NCBI GenBank assembly: GCA_963840455.1
Contig: CAWIYV010000001.1
Span: 224,001-288,000 of the forward strand
Length of the DNA: 64,000 bases
Source of the DNA: Nitrospirota bacterium
Lineage (GTDB): Bacteria > Nitrospirota > UBA9217
Direction of reading: 5' to 3'
Shown: positions 43,695 through 53,086 of the stretch, piece by piece
Numbering within the stretch: the stretch's first letter is position 1
How the letters are laid out: each line of letters opens with the position of its first letter
Program-made: the position numbers and the translations under genes
Notes under the pieces: model-generated
The model's input: only the letters and a program-made list of their open reading frames with translations
Databases searched by the model: none
Told to the model about the DNA's origin: nothing

Positions 43695-44377
43695 GGCCCT
43701 GCAGCCTCTATCCTGCCGTCCCGCATCGTAACAACCCGGTCGATCACCGGAGATTCGTATACCAGCGGGTCATGGCTCGCGATGATCACGGTCTTGCGGG
43801 AGGCTTTGAGCCTGGCCACGATATCCATGAACTCCCGGGAGAGCTTCGTGTCAAGGTGAGCCGTCGGCTCGTCGGCGATGATGACCGGAGGGTCGTTGAT
43901 CAGCGCCCGGGCGATCGCCGTGCGCTGAGCCTCTCCTCCGGAAAGCCACTCGGACCGAGACGACTCCCGGGGCAGGATGCCGAAGAGGTCCAGGAGTTCG
44001 CGGGCCCGGCGTTTGAGCGAGGCATGGGACTCGCCCAGCGGGTATGCCGGCAGCATGACGTTCTCCAGGGCCGTGATCCCCTTCACCAGATTGAACTGCT
44101 GGAAGATGAACCCGAAGGTTGAGCGCCGGACCTCGGTCAGGAAACGCTCCGGCAGGCTCGTGATCTCACGGTCTTCCAGCACGATCCTCCCTTGCGTGGG
44201 CCGCGCCATGCAACCCACGAGCGACAGCAGGGTCGTCTTGCCTGAACCGCTCGGCCCCCGGAAGACGGTCACCCGCCGTGCCTCGAGGGAGAGGCTCACC
44301 CCGTCCACGGCCGTCAGGGCATGGGCCTTCCCTTCGTTAAAGACCTTCCGGATGTCCCTGAGATCGATCATCGTCAT
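43691..44377 (-). CDS. ABC transporter ATP-binding protein (LolD/MacB-like)
   Basis: GPSGSGKT, LSGGEAQR and ADEPTAHLD motifs. Confidence 0.93.
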   Translation of the reverse strand: MTMIDLRDIRKVFNEGKAHALTAVDGVSLSLEARRVTVFRGPSGSGKTTLLSLVGCMARPTQGRIVLEDREITSLPERFLTEVRRSTFGFIFQQFNLVKGITALENVMLPAYPLGESHASLKRRARELLDLFGILPRESSRSEWLSGGEAQRTAIARALINDPPVIIADEPTAHLDTKLSREFMDIVARLKASRKTVIIASHDPLVYESPVIDRVVTMRDGRIEAAGP

Positions 44378-45510
44378 GACCTCATCACCGAGTCCGGGTC
44401 GATGGTCGCCGCGCGCCACGACGGGATGATGGTCGCCACGGTATACGGGACCACGGTGAGGAAGAACAGGGTGGCCACCTGGTAGGCGCTGACGTACGGA
44501 ACGAGCTTGAAGGTCGGATAGAGCGTGGACCATCCCTTGAGCACGGGCTCGAAAAGCACCACATCGGTGAAGAACACGTGGACGTATGCCAGCAGGACCC
44601 CGGCCAGGAACGAGGACAGGGAGACCGTGGTCCCCTCCCAGAACTTCATCAGAAGGACATCGGAGGTCTCCCAGCCGACGGCCTTCAGGATGCCGATCTC
44701 TTTCCGCTCCTCGGCGGAGAGGCCCGATGCCTTGTCCCAGGCGAAGATGACGAAGGCCAGCACCGCCGCAGACAGGATGACCACGATGAGGCCGCTGCGC
44801 CAGTCGAAGATCGTGTCATAGGTCCGGAGGATCTCGCTCTTCATGATCGGTCGCGTGTCGGGCAGCAGCTTCTGGACCTTCCCGGCAACCGTCGCGACCT
44901 CCTTTGCGTTCCGCACGGTCAGGACGATGTCCGTGAACATCCCTTCGGCCATGCCAAAGAGCCTGCGGAAGTCCCGTTCGGAAATGAGGATGAGGTCGGA
45001 GGAGACCAGCTCTGAGGCGGGAGAGAGCACTTCGCTGATCGTCAGGACCATGGGTTCGCCGTCATACCTGCGGAACGAGAGCATGTCGCCGGCATAGGCG
45101 AAGCGTGACCGTGAGATGCCGTGGCCGGCAGCGATGTTCCCTTCGCCGAGGGAAAAGTCTTGGGGGACCATGAGCGTATAGTTCGCGCTCATGACGGGGT
45201 CGAAATAATAGCCCCACAACCGGCCGTGCACATCGCTCACCCCCCGGATGCCGCGGATGGCATCCAGATACCTTCCCGGGATCAGTTCGTGCCGCCCCGC
45301 CGCCATTCGCTGAACGACGATCTCAGGGGCCCCCTGAAGGACCAGCGAGGCCTCTTTCCGCAATGCATGGGTAAAGAACATGACCGACGCGAGCAGGAAG
45401 ACCAGGAGGGTATACACCAGGAGGAGCGCAATGTTCTTGCCTTTCCTGCGCGCCAGGGACGAGAGGGTGAAATCGATGACGTTCCGCTGTTTTTCGATCC
45501 AGATCCGCAT
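44374..45510 (-). CDS. ABC transporter permease (FtsX/LolE-like)
   Basis: One TM, periplasmic domain, then ERKEIGILKAVGW and three TMs; PSWRAA..DP. Confidence 0.9.
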   Translation of the reverse strand: MRIWIEKQRNVIDFTLSSLARRKGKNIALLLVYTLLVFLLASVMFFTHALRKEASLVLQGAPEIVVQRMAAGRHELIPGRYLDAIRGIRGVSDVHGRLWGYYFDPVMSANYTLMVPQDFSLGEGNIAAGHGISRSRFAYAGDMLSFRRYDGEPMVLTISEVLSPASELVSSDLILISERDFRRLFGMAEGMFTDIVLTVRNAKEVATVAGKVQKLLPDTRPIMKSEILRTYDTIFDWRSGLIVVILSAAVLAFVIFAWDKASGLSAEERKEIGILKAVGWETSDVLLMKFWEGTTVSLSSFLAGVLLAYVHVFFTDVVLFEPVLKGWSTLYPTFKLVPYVSAYQVATLFFLTVVPYTVATIIPSWRAATIDPDSVMRS

Positions 45511-45512
45511 GA

Positions 45513-45806
45513 CTACGGTCCCCGCTTTCCTTGCTGCGGTCCCAGGAGCGACCCCGAGGGGAAGTGCTCCAGCGACAGGGGATGGTCCTGGAAGGGCGCG
45601 AACATATCGGCCTGGGTGGGATGACGGGTGTACCGGGCCTCCGTGAAGAGGCAGAGATCGGTCAACTCAAACCGCCGCACCATGGCCGCTGTTCCAGCGA
45701 TGTCCGAGGCGTGCCCTCCACGCAGGTACGCAGCGTGCGTGAAGGCCGCCGCAAGAAGTACGGTCTGGATGCCCAGGTACAGGAAGAACAGAGATGATCG
45801 TCTCAT
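45513..45806 (-). CDS. Small hypothetical protein with N-terminal TM
   Basis: LTDLCLFTEARYTRHP...FQDHP..LEHFPSGS; stop lies 2 nt before the permease start. Confidence 0.7.
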   Translation of the reverse strand: MRRSSLFFLYLGIQTVLLAAAFTHAAYLRGGHASDIAGTAAMVRRFELTDLCLFTEARYTRHPTQADMFAPFQDHPLSLEHFPSGSLLGPQQGKRGP

Positions 45807-45861
45807 GAAGAACCGTAGATGAAGGAAGTGCACGACATGCCGGAATGTCCGGCTTCGATGG

Positions 45862-46368
45862 TCAATCGAGCTGTTTCAGCACCGCGGAGGTGATGTCATG
45901 GTATCGGAGAATGCTCCTGCCCCCGTGGTCCTTCAGGAACCCGCGGGCCTCGGACTCGCCCGCAAAGGGTATCAGTTCCTTCCCCATGGGTCCGTACACA
46001 TCGCTTCCGAGGACATAGAACGCCTCGCGCCCGTCGATCTGCCTGACAGCATAGTAATCGTTCACGAAGAACCTGTCAACGTCCGATTGCCCCTTTCCGG
46101 GAGCATACTGTTTCAGGTCCAGCAGGAACTTGAACAGGTCCTTGGGCCCGTCAAAATAACGGAACGTGCCGTCCTTGAACAACAGGGTAGCAAGCCAGTC
46201 AGGATACTTTGAGACGAACATGCCGCATACAGGACACTTGTCCTTTGGCGAGGGTTTCGCAACCGCTGGTCCTTCCGCGCCAGCAGGCAGCGCGCTCAAC
46301 AGAGGAGCGAACACGGTCATTGCCGCGGCGACCAGGACGAACAGCACAATGATACCGTTCTTCTTCAT
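45862..46368 (-). CDS. NosL-family periplasmic metal-binding protein
   Basis: Signal peptide; CPVCGM, GPMG and F...HGG motifs. Confidence 0.88.
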   Translation of the reverse strand: MKKNGIIVLFVLVAAAMTVFAPLLSALPAGAEGPAVAKPSPKDKCPVCGMFVSKYPDWLATLLFKDGTFRYFDGPKDLFKFLLDLKQYAPGKGQSDVDRFFVNDYYAVRQIDGREAFYVLGSDVYGPMGKELIPFAGESEARGFLKDHGGRSILRYHDITSAVLKQLD

Positions 46369-46448
46369 GGTACACTCCTCGATCATGGTGGATTTGGTGG
46401 AACGAACCTGGCATCCCGCTGCCAAGGACGATCGATCGCACAGTCCGG

Positions 46449-46970
46449 CTACAGCGTGTTCAACACAAGCTTGCGGAGCGTGTCCCCGGATGCCTCTCCG
46501 AGCAGCTTGTATTTGATATTGCCTTTCCGGTCGATGAAGAAGGTCCGCGGCAGGCCCAGGACGCCGTATGACTTCGCTGTTTTGCCTTCGGGGTCCAGGA
46601 GCACAGGATAGGTGATATTCACCCTGTTGACGTAGGCGCGCGCCGCGGCGAGGCCCTGGCCGACATTGACAGCATAGACCACAAGCCCCTGCTTTCCGTA
46701 TTGGCGGTACAGCTTATCAAGAACCGGCATTTCCTCAAGGCAGTAAGGGCACCAGTCCGCCCAGAAATGCACGACCACGGTCTTTCCCCTGAAATCGCCG
46801 GGGGCCGTGACGTTCCTCCCCTCAGTGTCCTGCAAGGAGAAGGGAGGCGGCGGATCGCCGATCTTGATCATCACCCGTTCCGCCCCGTTCGCCGTTGTCA
46901 CGAGGCAGAACAGGAGCGCGAACGACGCGGCACAGCGCACCGCGAGTTTCTTCCCCGTTGTGTCGGTCAT
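46449..46970 (-). CDS. TlpA/ResA-family thiol-disulfide oxidoreductase
   Basis: Signal peptide; FWADWCPYC..EMP and GLPRTFFID motifs. Confidence 0.92.
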   Translation of the reverse strand: MTDTTGKKLAVRCAASFALLFCLVTTANGAERVMIKIGDPPPPFSLQDTEGRNVTAPGDFRGKTVVVHFWADWCPYCLEEMPVLDKLYRQYGKQGLVVYAVNVGQGLAAARAYVNRVNITYPVLLDPEGKTAKSYGVLGLPRTFFIDRKGNIKYKLLGEASGDTLRKLVLNTL

Positions 46971-47059
46971 TGCTCTGTTCCTCCTGTCGCCGTGCCAGCG
47001 GCGATGCCTTCCGGCACAGGAGCAGACGGTCCCTTCAGCTCAACGTTCCACTTCCGGAT
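46967..47059 (-). pseudogene. 3' remnant of a gene truncated by the IS3 end
   Basis: IRKWNVELKGP...GGTEQ* whose TGA overlaps the tlpA ATG (ATGA) and which starts exactly at the IS3 terminal CA. Confidence 0.45.
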
Positions 47060-47286
47060 TGACCTGCCCCCGATTATTGTACCAAGTGAAGAGTTGGACT
47101 TTTGGATTGGATTGCCTCTGGGGCCAGGGGCCATTATCCCAGAGAACTATGTCGTCCGTTGTGATTATACTCTCTTCGCCACATTTCAATCAAGACCTTC
47201 GCCTTTGCTAAAGTCGTAAAAATCTCCCTGTTCAGCGTTTATCCTGGAACTTCCTATTGAATGAATCAGTGTTGCCGTTCCCCTAG

Positions 47287-48619
47287 CAGGCCGCTGAAAA
47301 AGTGGCCTGCAGCTTGATAACTTCTGCTCGGAGATCATTTTTTCTCCGATTGTGTGACCTATGACTGACTTTGTTACCCATTCAAGATCGTCTTTCGACT
47401 CCCCTTATCAGGGTTCCGCTGCGTTCTTTCTATACAGCGGCTGCCGTCCTTCGTTGGATGTTTGCTATTCGCATCAAGTTATAGGCAGCTCCGACAAACC
47501 AAGCCTGAAGAAGAGTTCGATCTCTTCCTTTGTACCGTGTCCGTCGGAAGCCGCCGATGGTCTTCAGCCATCCGAAGATTTCTTCTACTCGTTTTCGGAT
47601 CCTCTGGCTGATGTTGTATCCTTCGTGCCGGGTCGTGCGACCATTAATCGCAGAACCGCCTCTTCGCTCCGTGTTCGCCGCAACGTGTGGGGTGATCTCT
47701 CGACTCCGCATTGCTTCAACAAAACCATGGGTATCATAGCCCTTGTCAGCACCGATGGTCGTGGGCTTTACGCGCTTCCGCGCTTGGCGGGTGAGCATCT
47801 CCTTGGCCGCCTCCCGTTCCGCGTCTCCTGTTGCCGGGGTAACGGTGATGTCGATCAGGAGGCCGTTCCGGTTCTCCATCAGGGCATGGGCGCCGAAGGA
47901 GAGTTTGGCCTCCTTGCCCTGGCTCTTCTTCATCAAACGAGACTCGGGATCAGTGGTGGACGCATGGGTCTCGTTCGACCGCTTTTCGCCCCGGAAGTTC
48001 ACCGTGGGATTGCCAGGGTCATCGTCTGTCGTCGGCCGGTCCGAAGGGTCTTCGTCCTTTGGCCGGAAGCTCTTCAAGCTGGCACAGGCCTCGATCAGAG
48101 TACCGTCCACCGTAAAGTGATCATCAGAGAGCAGCCCTTCCTTCCGGGCGATGTTGACCACTCGGTCAAAGAACTTCACGGCCACCCGGTGTTCCAGAAG
48201 CCGATTCCGGTTCTTCGTGAACGTCGTTGGATCGAAAGAAGCTTCTTCCAGGTTCATGTCCAGGAACCAGCGAAAGAGGATGTTGTAATCCACCATTTCG
48301 CAGAACTGGGTCTCGGAGCGAACCGAGTACAGGGCGATCAGGAGCTGGGACTTGAGCAACCGCTCCGGCGGAATCGACGGCCGGCCCATCTTGCTGTACA
48401 TCGCGTCAAAGATCGGCGAAAGCTCGGCAAGGACTGCATCCGCATGGGTTTTGATCATCCGAAGGGGATGCTGAGTCGGGACCCGCTGTTCAGGAGAAAA
48501 GTAGCTGAACATCCCGCTCTGAATATCGTTTTCACCGCGCATAGGGCCTCCTCATCACATCAGGTTGAGGCACTATACGCAGTCACATCACGTTTGAAAA
48601 GGACTTTTTCAGCAAACTG
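47287..48619 (-). mobile_element. IS5-family insertion sequence, apparently intact
   Basis: Terminal IRs CAGGCCGCTGAAAAAGT / ACTTTTTCAGCAAACTG; CTAG duplicated at 47283-47286 and 48620-48623. Confidence 0.92.
47430..48542 (-). CDS. IS5-family DDE transposase
   Basis: GRPSIPPERLL (DUF772), VDGTLIEA, GADKGYD and RKRVEEIFGW motifs. Confidence 0.95.
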   Translation of the reverse strand: MRGENDIQSGMFSYFSPEQRVPTQHPLRMIKTHADAVLAELSPIFDAMYSKMGRPSIPPERLLKSQLLIALYSVRSETQFCEMVDYNILFRWFLDMNLEEASFDPTTFTKNRNRLLEHRVAVKFFDRVVNIARKEGLLSDDHFTVDGTLIEACASLKSFRPKDEDPSDRPTTDDDPGNPTVNFRGEKRSNETHASTTDPESRLMKKSQGKEAKLSFGAHALMENRNGLLIDITVTPATGDAEREAAKEMLTRQARKRVKPTTIGADKGYDTHGFVEAMRSREITPHVAANTERRGGSAINGRTTRHEGYNISQRIRKRVEEIFGWLKTIGGFRRTRYKGRDRTLLQAWFVGAAYNLMRIANIQRRTAAAV

Positions 48620-48830
48620 CTAGGGACTACCGGTCTCGATGAACAGAGGACTGCATTATCCAGCGACAGGTACATCAATCCCACTGACACATGCTTGAAG
48701 CTTCCTGCTCTTTAATCGTGGATCATCATCGAATGCTTATAATCAGCAGAAGACGCCACTTGATTTTACTGTAGGCATCTGTCAGTTTCTCAATAGGCAA
48801 ATTTTAGTATGAAGGAAGGATGATCTCAAT

Positions 48831-49359
48831 ATGAAAGACTTAATTGGTAAGAAGGTCCTGATGGTGATCGCGAAGAGTAAGTTCAGGGACGAAGAATATC
48901 TCGAGCCCAGAAAGGTCCTGGAGGCAGCGGGTGCGGTCGTTACCGTGGCATCGTCATCGTTGAACACTGCCGAAGGTATGCTGGGGCTCAAAGTGAAGCC
49001 GGATGTACTGATTGGTAATGTAAAAGAAGGGGATTATGACGGGATCGTCTTCGTGGGAGGCGGTGGGGCGGTCGAATATTTTGACAGCCCCGTGGCACAT
49101 AAGCTTGCGCAAGATTTTTTCGCCCACGACAAGCTTACGTCGGCTATCTGCATCGCACCGGCGACACTGGCGAACGCGGGCGTGCTGAAGGGCAAGAAGG
49201 CGACCTCGTTCCCCTCTTCTGGAAGCGACACTTAAAGCCAAAGGCGCCGCCCTGACCAAGTCGGACGTTGTCGTCGATGGAAATGTCGTTACTGGTGTAG
49301 GACCGGAAGCGGCGAAAAAGTTCGGGGAGAAGCTGATAGAAGTGCTGAGCGGTAAATAG
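48831..49359 (+). CDS. DJ-1/PfpI family protein with a +1 frameshift near 49221
   Basis: FRDEEY, FVGGGGA, AICIAP; +1 frame continues ATLKAKGA...VVVDGNVVTGVGPEAAKKF to TAG at 49357-49359. Confidence 0.85.
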
Positions 49360-49421
49360 CCGGCCGCAACGAGCAGTGCGCAACCTTAAACGTCGAGCAT
49401 CGAGGTGCAGTGATCCTATAT

Positions 49422-50804
49422 CTATGTTCCCCTACTGACGATCTCTCTAGCCGCAACAACTCCTGATACCGATGATTGGATCAGCCCCCGCGTGACGCCC
49501 GCCCCATCGCCGACTGCATAGAGGTTCTGTATCTCGGTCTCCAGCACCTTCGTGAGCTTCAACCGCATTGAATAATACTTCACCTCCACACCATACAACA
49601 GCGTGTCCCCGGAGTTCACGCCCGGCGCCACGTTGTCCAGGACCTCAAGCATCTCCAGGATCGCCGCAAGGTGGCGGTACGGGAGCACGAAGCTCAGATC
49701 GCCTGGGGTCGCGTCCCCGAGCGTGGGCCGGACCGACCCTTCGACGATGCGTTCCGGCGTGGAGCGCCTGCCCATCTTGAGGTCGCCCAGCCGCTGGACC
49801 AGCACGCCGCCGCTCAGCAGGTTCGCGAGCCCGGCGATGTACTTTCCGTAGGTAATTGGCTCATGAAAGGGCTTGGTGAAGTCGGTGCTCACGAGCAAGG
49901 CGAAGTTGGTGTTCCCGGTCCGCTGGTCCTTGTAGCTGTGGCCGTTGACGCTGAACACACCGTCACTGTTCTCCCGCACCACCTCGCCGTAAGGGTTCAT
50001 GCAGAAGGTCCTGATGCGGTCATGGAATTTCTTCGTGGTGTACAGGAACTTTGCCTCGTAGGTGATGTCCGTGATGTCCTTCATGATTAACGCGGGCAGT
50101 TCCACGCGGACGCCGATGTCCACGGGATTGGTCTGGAGCGATAGGCCGAGCCGCTTCGCCTCCCCGGAGAGCCATGACGATCCGTCCCTGCCCACGGCAA
50201 GGATGACTGCGTGCGCTTCATAGCGCTTTCCGTCCCCCGTCACCACGCCCGTCGCCGCTCCTCCCTCCGCGATGACCTGTGCGACCGGTGTGTTGAACAG
50301 CACGGTCACTTTTCCTTCGAGATGGCCGCGGATGTTCTTCAAGACCTCTTTGCAGAGGTCCGTGCCGATATGCCTGATGCGCGCCGGGACCAGTTCGAGA
50401 TCGTAGCTCCGGGCCTTCCTCCGGAGCCGCTCCACGGCCTCCCTGTCTTCGCCATGGATATCCTTGCCCGCTCCGTACTGGCGATAGACCGCATCGACAT
50501 GCTCGATCAGCTGTTCCAGATCCCCGGCCTGCAGGTACTCCCCCAGCCAGCCGCCGAACGCCGAGGTGAGGGTGAGCTTGCCGTCGCTGTACGCGCCCGC
50601 GCCGCCCCAGCCGCAGAGGATGCCGCAGAGCTCGCACTGGGCGCAGGGCATGTCCGCGTCATGCATGGGACAGGACCGGGCCTCGATATCGCTGCCCTTC
50701 TCGATCATCAGGACCCGCGTCCCGCTCTGCTTCACCAGTTCCAGCGCGGCGAAGATGCCGGCAGGACCGGTCCCGATAATGATGACGTCGTACCGTTCGC
50801 TCAT
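49422..50804 (-). CDS. NAD(P)/FAD-dependent oxidoreductase (COG2509-like)
   Basis: IIGTGPAG, GAGAYSDGKL, RHIGTD, RTFCMNP and VGDGAG motifs. Confidence 0.88.
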   Translation of the reverse strand: MSERYDVIIIGTGPAGIFAALELVKQSGTRVLMIEKGSDIEARSCPMHDADMPCAQCELCGILCGWGGAGAYSDGKLTLTSAFGGWLGEYLQAGDLEQLIEHVDAVYRQYGAGKDIHGEDREAVERLRRKARSYDLELVPARIRHIGTDLCKEVLKNIRGHLEGKVTVLFNTPVAQVIAEGGAATGVVTGDGKRYEAHAVILAVGRDGSSWLSGEAKRLGLSLQTNPVDIGVRVELPALIMKDITDITYEAKFLYTTKKFHDRIRTFCMNPYGEVVRENSDGVFSVNGHSYKDQRTGNTNFALLVSTDFTKPFHEPITYGKYIAGLANLLSGGVLVQRLGDLKMGRRSTPERIVEGSVRPTLGDATPGDLSFVLPYRHLAAILEMLEVLDNVAPGVNSGDTLLYGVEVKYYSMRLKLTKVLETEIQNLYAVGDGAGVTRGLIQSSVSGVVAAREIVSRGT

Positions 50805-50903
50805 AGGTTCATCCGAAACAAAGAAAGCCTCCGTCACGACGAACGCAGGCTGATAAGACGTTTGCCGGGGACCTCACTGCACCAATCCGGCGAAATTGGC
50901 GCA

Positions 50904-51713
50904 TCAGGAAACCACGATACCGGCATACCCAACCACTTGGTCGTAGTCACCGCTCACCTCGCCTGAGTTCGTGTACTTGATGAGCTCAGCTTTCTTCGCA
51001 CCGAGCGCTTTGCAGGCAGTGAGCATGGCGACTGCGGGCCCATACCCGCACATGGTGATGTCCTCGTCGCGGACCGTATAGTAAAGCCCCTGCGCGTCCA
51101 GGTCAAGAATGCGCTGGATCGCCTTGTGGTCCTTCTTCTTCGCCGCTTCGGCGGATATGTAGTGGCTCATGTCCGAGCTCGCCACGATCAGCACGCCTGT
51201 CTTTCTCGCCTGTTCACGGACCGCGTCCGCCACCGCATTGCCCAGGGCGAGGCAGGTCTCCAGCCTCGTGTCCATCATCTGGATAGGAACGATCGTGAAC
51301 TCTTTCTTCAGAAACTGGATGAAGGGCAGCTGGACCTCGAGGGAATGTTCCTTCAGGTGGGCAAGCGTGTCCTCACGGACAAGGCGGGACCGGGACAGGA
51401 TGGCAGCCGCGAGCCCTTCATCGATCTGCACCGTCCCGAGGGGGGTCTCCCACTCGCCCTTTGCCATGAGCGAGACCGGCTCGCCCAGGCCCGTGTGATT
51501 GGGGCCGATCAGGATGAACGTGCCGGGCAGTTCGATGCTTGAGTAGACCGCGCCGGCAACGGAGCCGGAATACACGAGGCCGGCATGGGGAGAAACGATC
51601 CCGAGAGCCTTGATCTTCTTTGCCCGGGGGACCAGGAACCGTTCCACCTGGTCCATCAGGGCGGAGTACGAGCCCTGATAGAAATATCCCGCGACAGCCG
51701 CTTGACGATTCAT
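50904..51713 (-). CDS. amrB: AmmeMemoRadiSam system protein B (MEMO1 family)
   Basis: VAGYFY, PHAG..YSG, GPNH, EHSLEVQLPF, SSDMSHY, MCG and VVGYA motifs. Confidence 0.93.
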   Translation of the reverse strand: MNRQAAVAGYFYQGSYSALMDQVERFLVPRAKKIKALGIVSPHAGLVYSGSVAGAVYSSIELPGTFILIGPNHTGLGEPVSLMAKGEWETPLGTVQIDEGLAAAILSRSRLVREDTLAHLKEHSLEVQLPFIQFLKKEFTIVPIQMMDTRLETCLALGNAVADAVREQARKTGVLIVASSDMSHYISAEAAKKKDHKAIQRILDLDAQGLYYTVRDEDITMCGYGPAVAMLTACKALGAKKAELIKYTNSGEVSGDYDQVVGYAGIVVS

Positions 51714-51960
51714 AGGGGCCTCCCGCATTCAGTGCACAGGAAATAACGATGTAACAGGACATGGATGAACATGGATCAGCGCGGAGAAAGGCGCATATTT
51801 GGCCCCTCGTGATTTCCGGACCTCTCCGTACACGAGAAGGAGAACGCTGCATCATCCGTGTGTATCCCGGAACGACTGCGGCCGATTTTCTGGTCTCTCT
51901 CTGCCTTTTGTTTCTATTATATCATGAAGGATCATCCGGATAGCACCCTGGAGAGACAAC

Positions 51961-51990
51961 AAAAAGCCTGTCAGATCGTCCTGACAGGCT
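51961..51990 (-). terminator. Terminator after the cNMP-binding genes
   Basis: AGCCTGTCAG-atcgtc-CTGACAGGCT with T run on the minus strand. Confidence 0.75.
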
Positions 51991-52027
51991 CCTTGCATTC
52001 ACTGCTCTGAAAATAGGCCCCGGGAGA

Positions 52028-52822
52028 TCACTCCACGGACTTGCTGATGACCGTCTCGATGGTGCCCTTGAGCCGCATCTCGGAGTACTTTTGCAGAACT
52101 TCGCGGACGCGGGGATGTTTTTCGAGGAGGGCGGCCAGCTTGTCCTCGGTCATTTCCAGGACCGTGGTGTCTTCGAGGGTCTCGATCGTGGCGGTGCGGG
52201 GCTTGCCGGTGAGGAACGATATCTCGCCGAAGAACTCGCTGGGCCAGAGCTTGGCCAGTTCCACGACCTCGCCTGACAGCATGGTCGTGTAGACCTTGAC
52301 GGAACCGTTGGCGATGATATACACGGATTTGCCCTTGTCCCCTTCGCGCACGATGACCTCGCCGGGACCATGGGTGTGCACGTTCATGAGCTTGGTGAAC
52401 TCCTCGAACTCGCCCTGCGTGAACCCTGCAAAGAGCGGAATGGCGCTGTTCGCCGGCTTCTGTTTGCCTGCCTCCACCGGTTCGGCCTTCTTCTCGGCGA
52501 TGGTCTTATTGGAATGGAGCGCGGCCATGCGGTTCTGCGCGCGCTTGTGCTGGGGGTCGATGCGGAGCGCCAGCTTATACTGCGCAAGGGCCTTCACCAC
52601 GGCGCCTGTCTCGGCATAGAGGTCCGCCGCATAGACATATTCACGGACCGCCTCGGGCTTCGAGTTCAGCTTCTGGTAGGCATCGCCCATACGGACCCTG
52701 ATGATGGGGTCCGGGTTCAGGGCAAAGAGCTTCTCCATCTCGGCGACGGCTTCCTTCCACTTGCCCTTGCCCAGGTTGTTCTGGATGCTGTCGATCAGCT
52801 GCGCTTTGTTCTCAGCGGCCAT
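52028..52822 (-). CDS. TPR plus cyclic-nucleotide-binding domain protein (paralog 2)
   Basis: N-terminal TPR helices; FFGEISFLTGKPRTATI phosphate-binding cassette; no HTH. Confidence 0.9.
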   Translation of the reverse strand: MAAENKAQLIDSIQNNLGKGKWKEAVAEMEKLFALNPDPIIRVRMGDAYQKLNSKPEAVREYVYAADLYAETGAVVKALAQYKLALRIDPQHKRAQNRMAALHSNKTIAEKKAEPVEAGKQKPANSAIPLFAGFTQGEFEEFTKLMNVHTHGPGEVIVREGDKGKSVYIIANGSVKVYTTMLSGEVVELAKLWPSEFFGEISFLTGKPRTATIETLEDTTVLEMTEDKLAALLEKHPRVREVLQKYSEMRLKGTIETVISKSVE

Positions 52823-52915
52823 TGTCGCCTCCGGACGATGCTTTGAGATCTCTTTGCAAGCATTAACGCCTTACGCCTTATCCCCAATCCGGACAAACCG
52901 GAACCAACACCTTGG

Positions 52916-53018
52916 AACCGCAAAGGCGCGAAGAACGCCAAGGAAGGCAAAAGATTGTTCCTTATTCAAAAAACAAAGATTTAAAGATTTTCTTCGCGCC
53001 CTTCGCGCCTTCGCGGTA
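52916..53018. repeat. Inverted nonamer-repeat hairpin between the cNMP paralogs
   Basis: accgcaaagg cgcgaagaa cgccaagga ... ttcttcgcg cccttcgcg ccttcgcggt. Confidence 0.75.
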
Positions 53019-53086
53019 AGAATTTTCTTCCCCTTTTGGGAAGAATCTGGCTATCAACTGACTAACCCCTTACGGTTTCTCTCTTA

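Larger units (their letters stand above)
47060..48660 (-). mobile_element. Degenerate IS3-family remnant (3' end), interrupted by IS5
   Basis: LFIETGSP*|.NGNTDSFNRK..NREIFTTLAKAKVLIEMWRREYNH..RHSSLG* resembles the IS3 OrfB C-terminus, with stops and a frameshift; terminal ...GGGGCAGGTCA. Confidence 0.8.

Noticed and set aside
45862-46368. Nitrous oxide reductase cluster
   Set aside because: No nosZ, nosD or nosR in the window; the NosL domain alone is insufficient.
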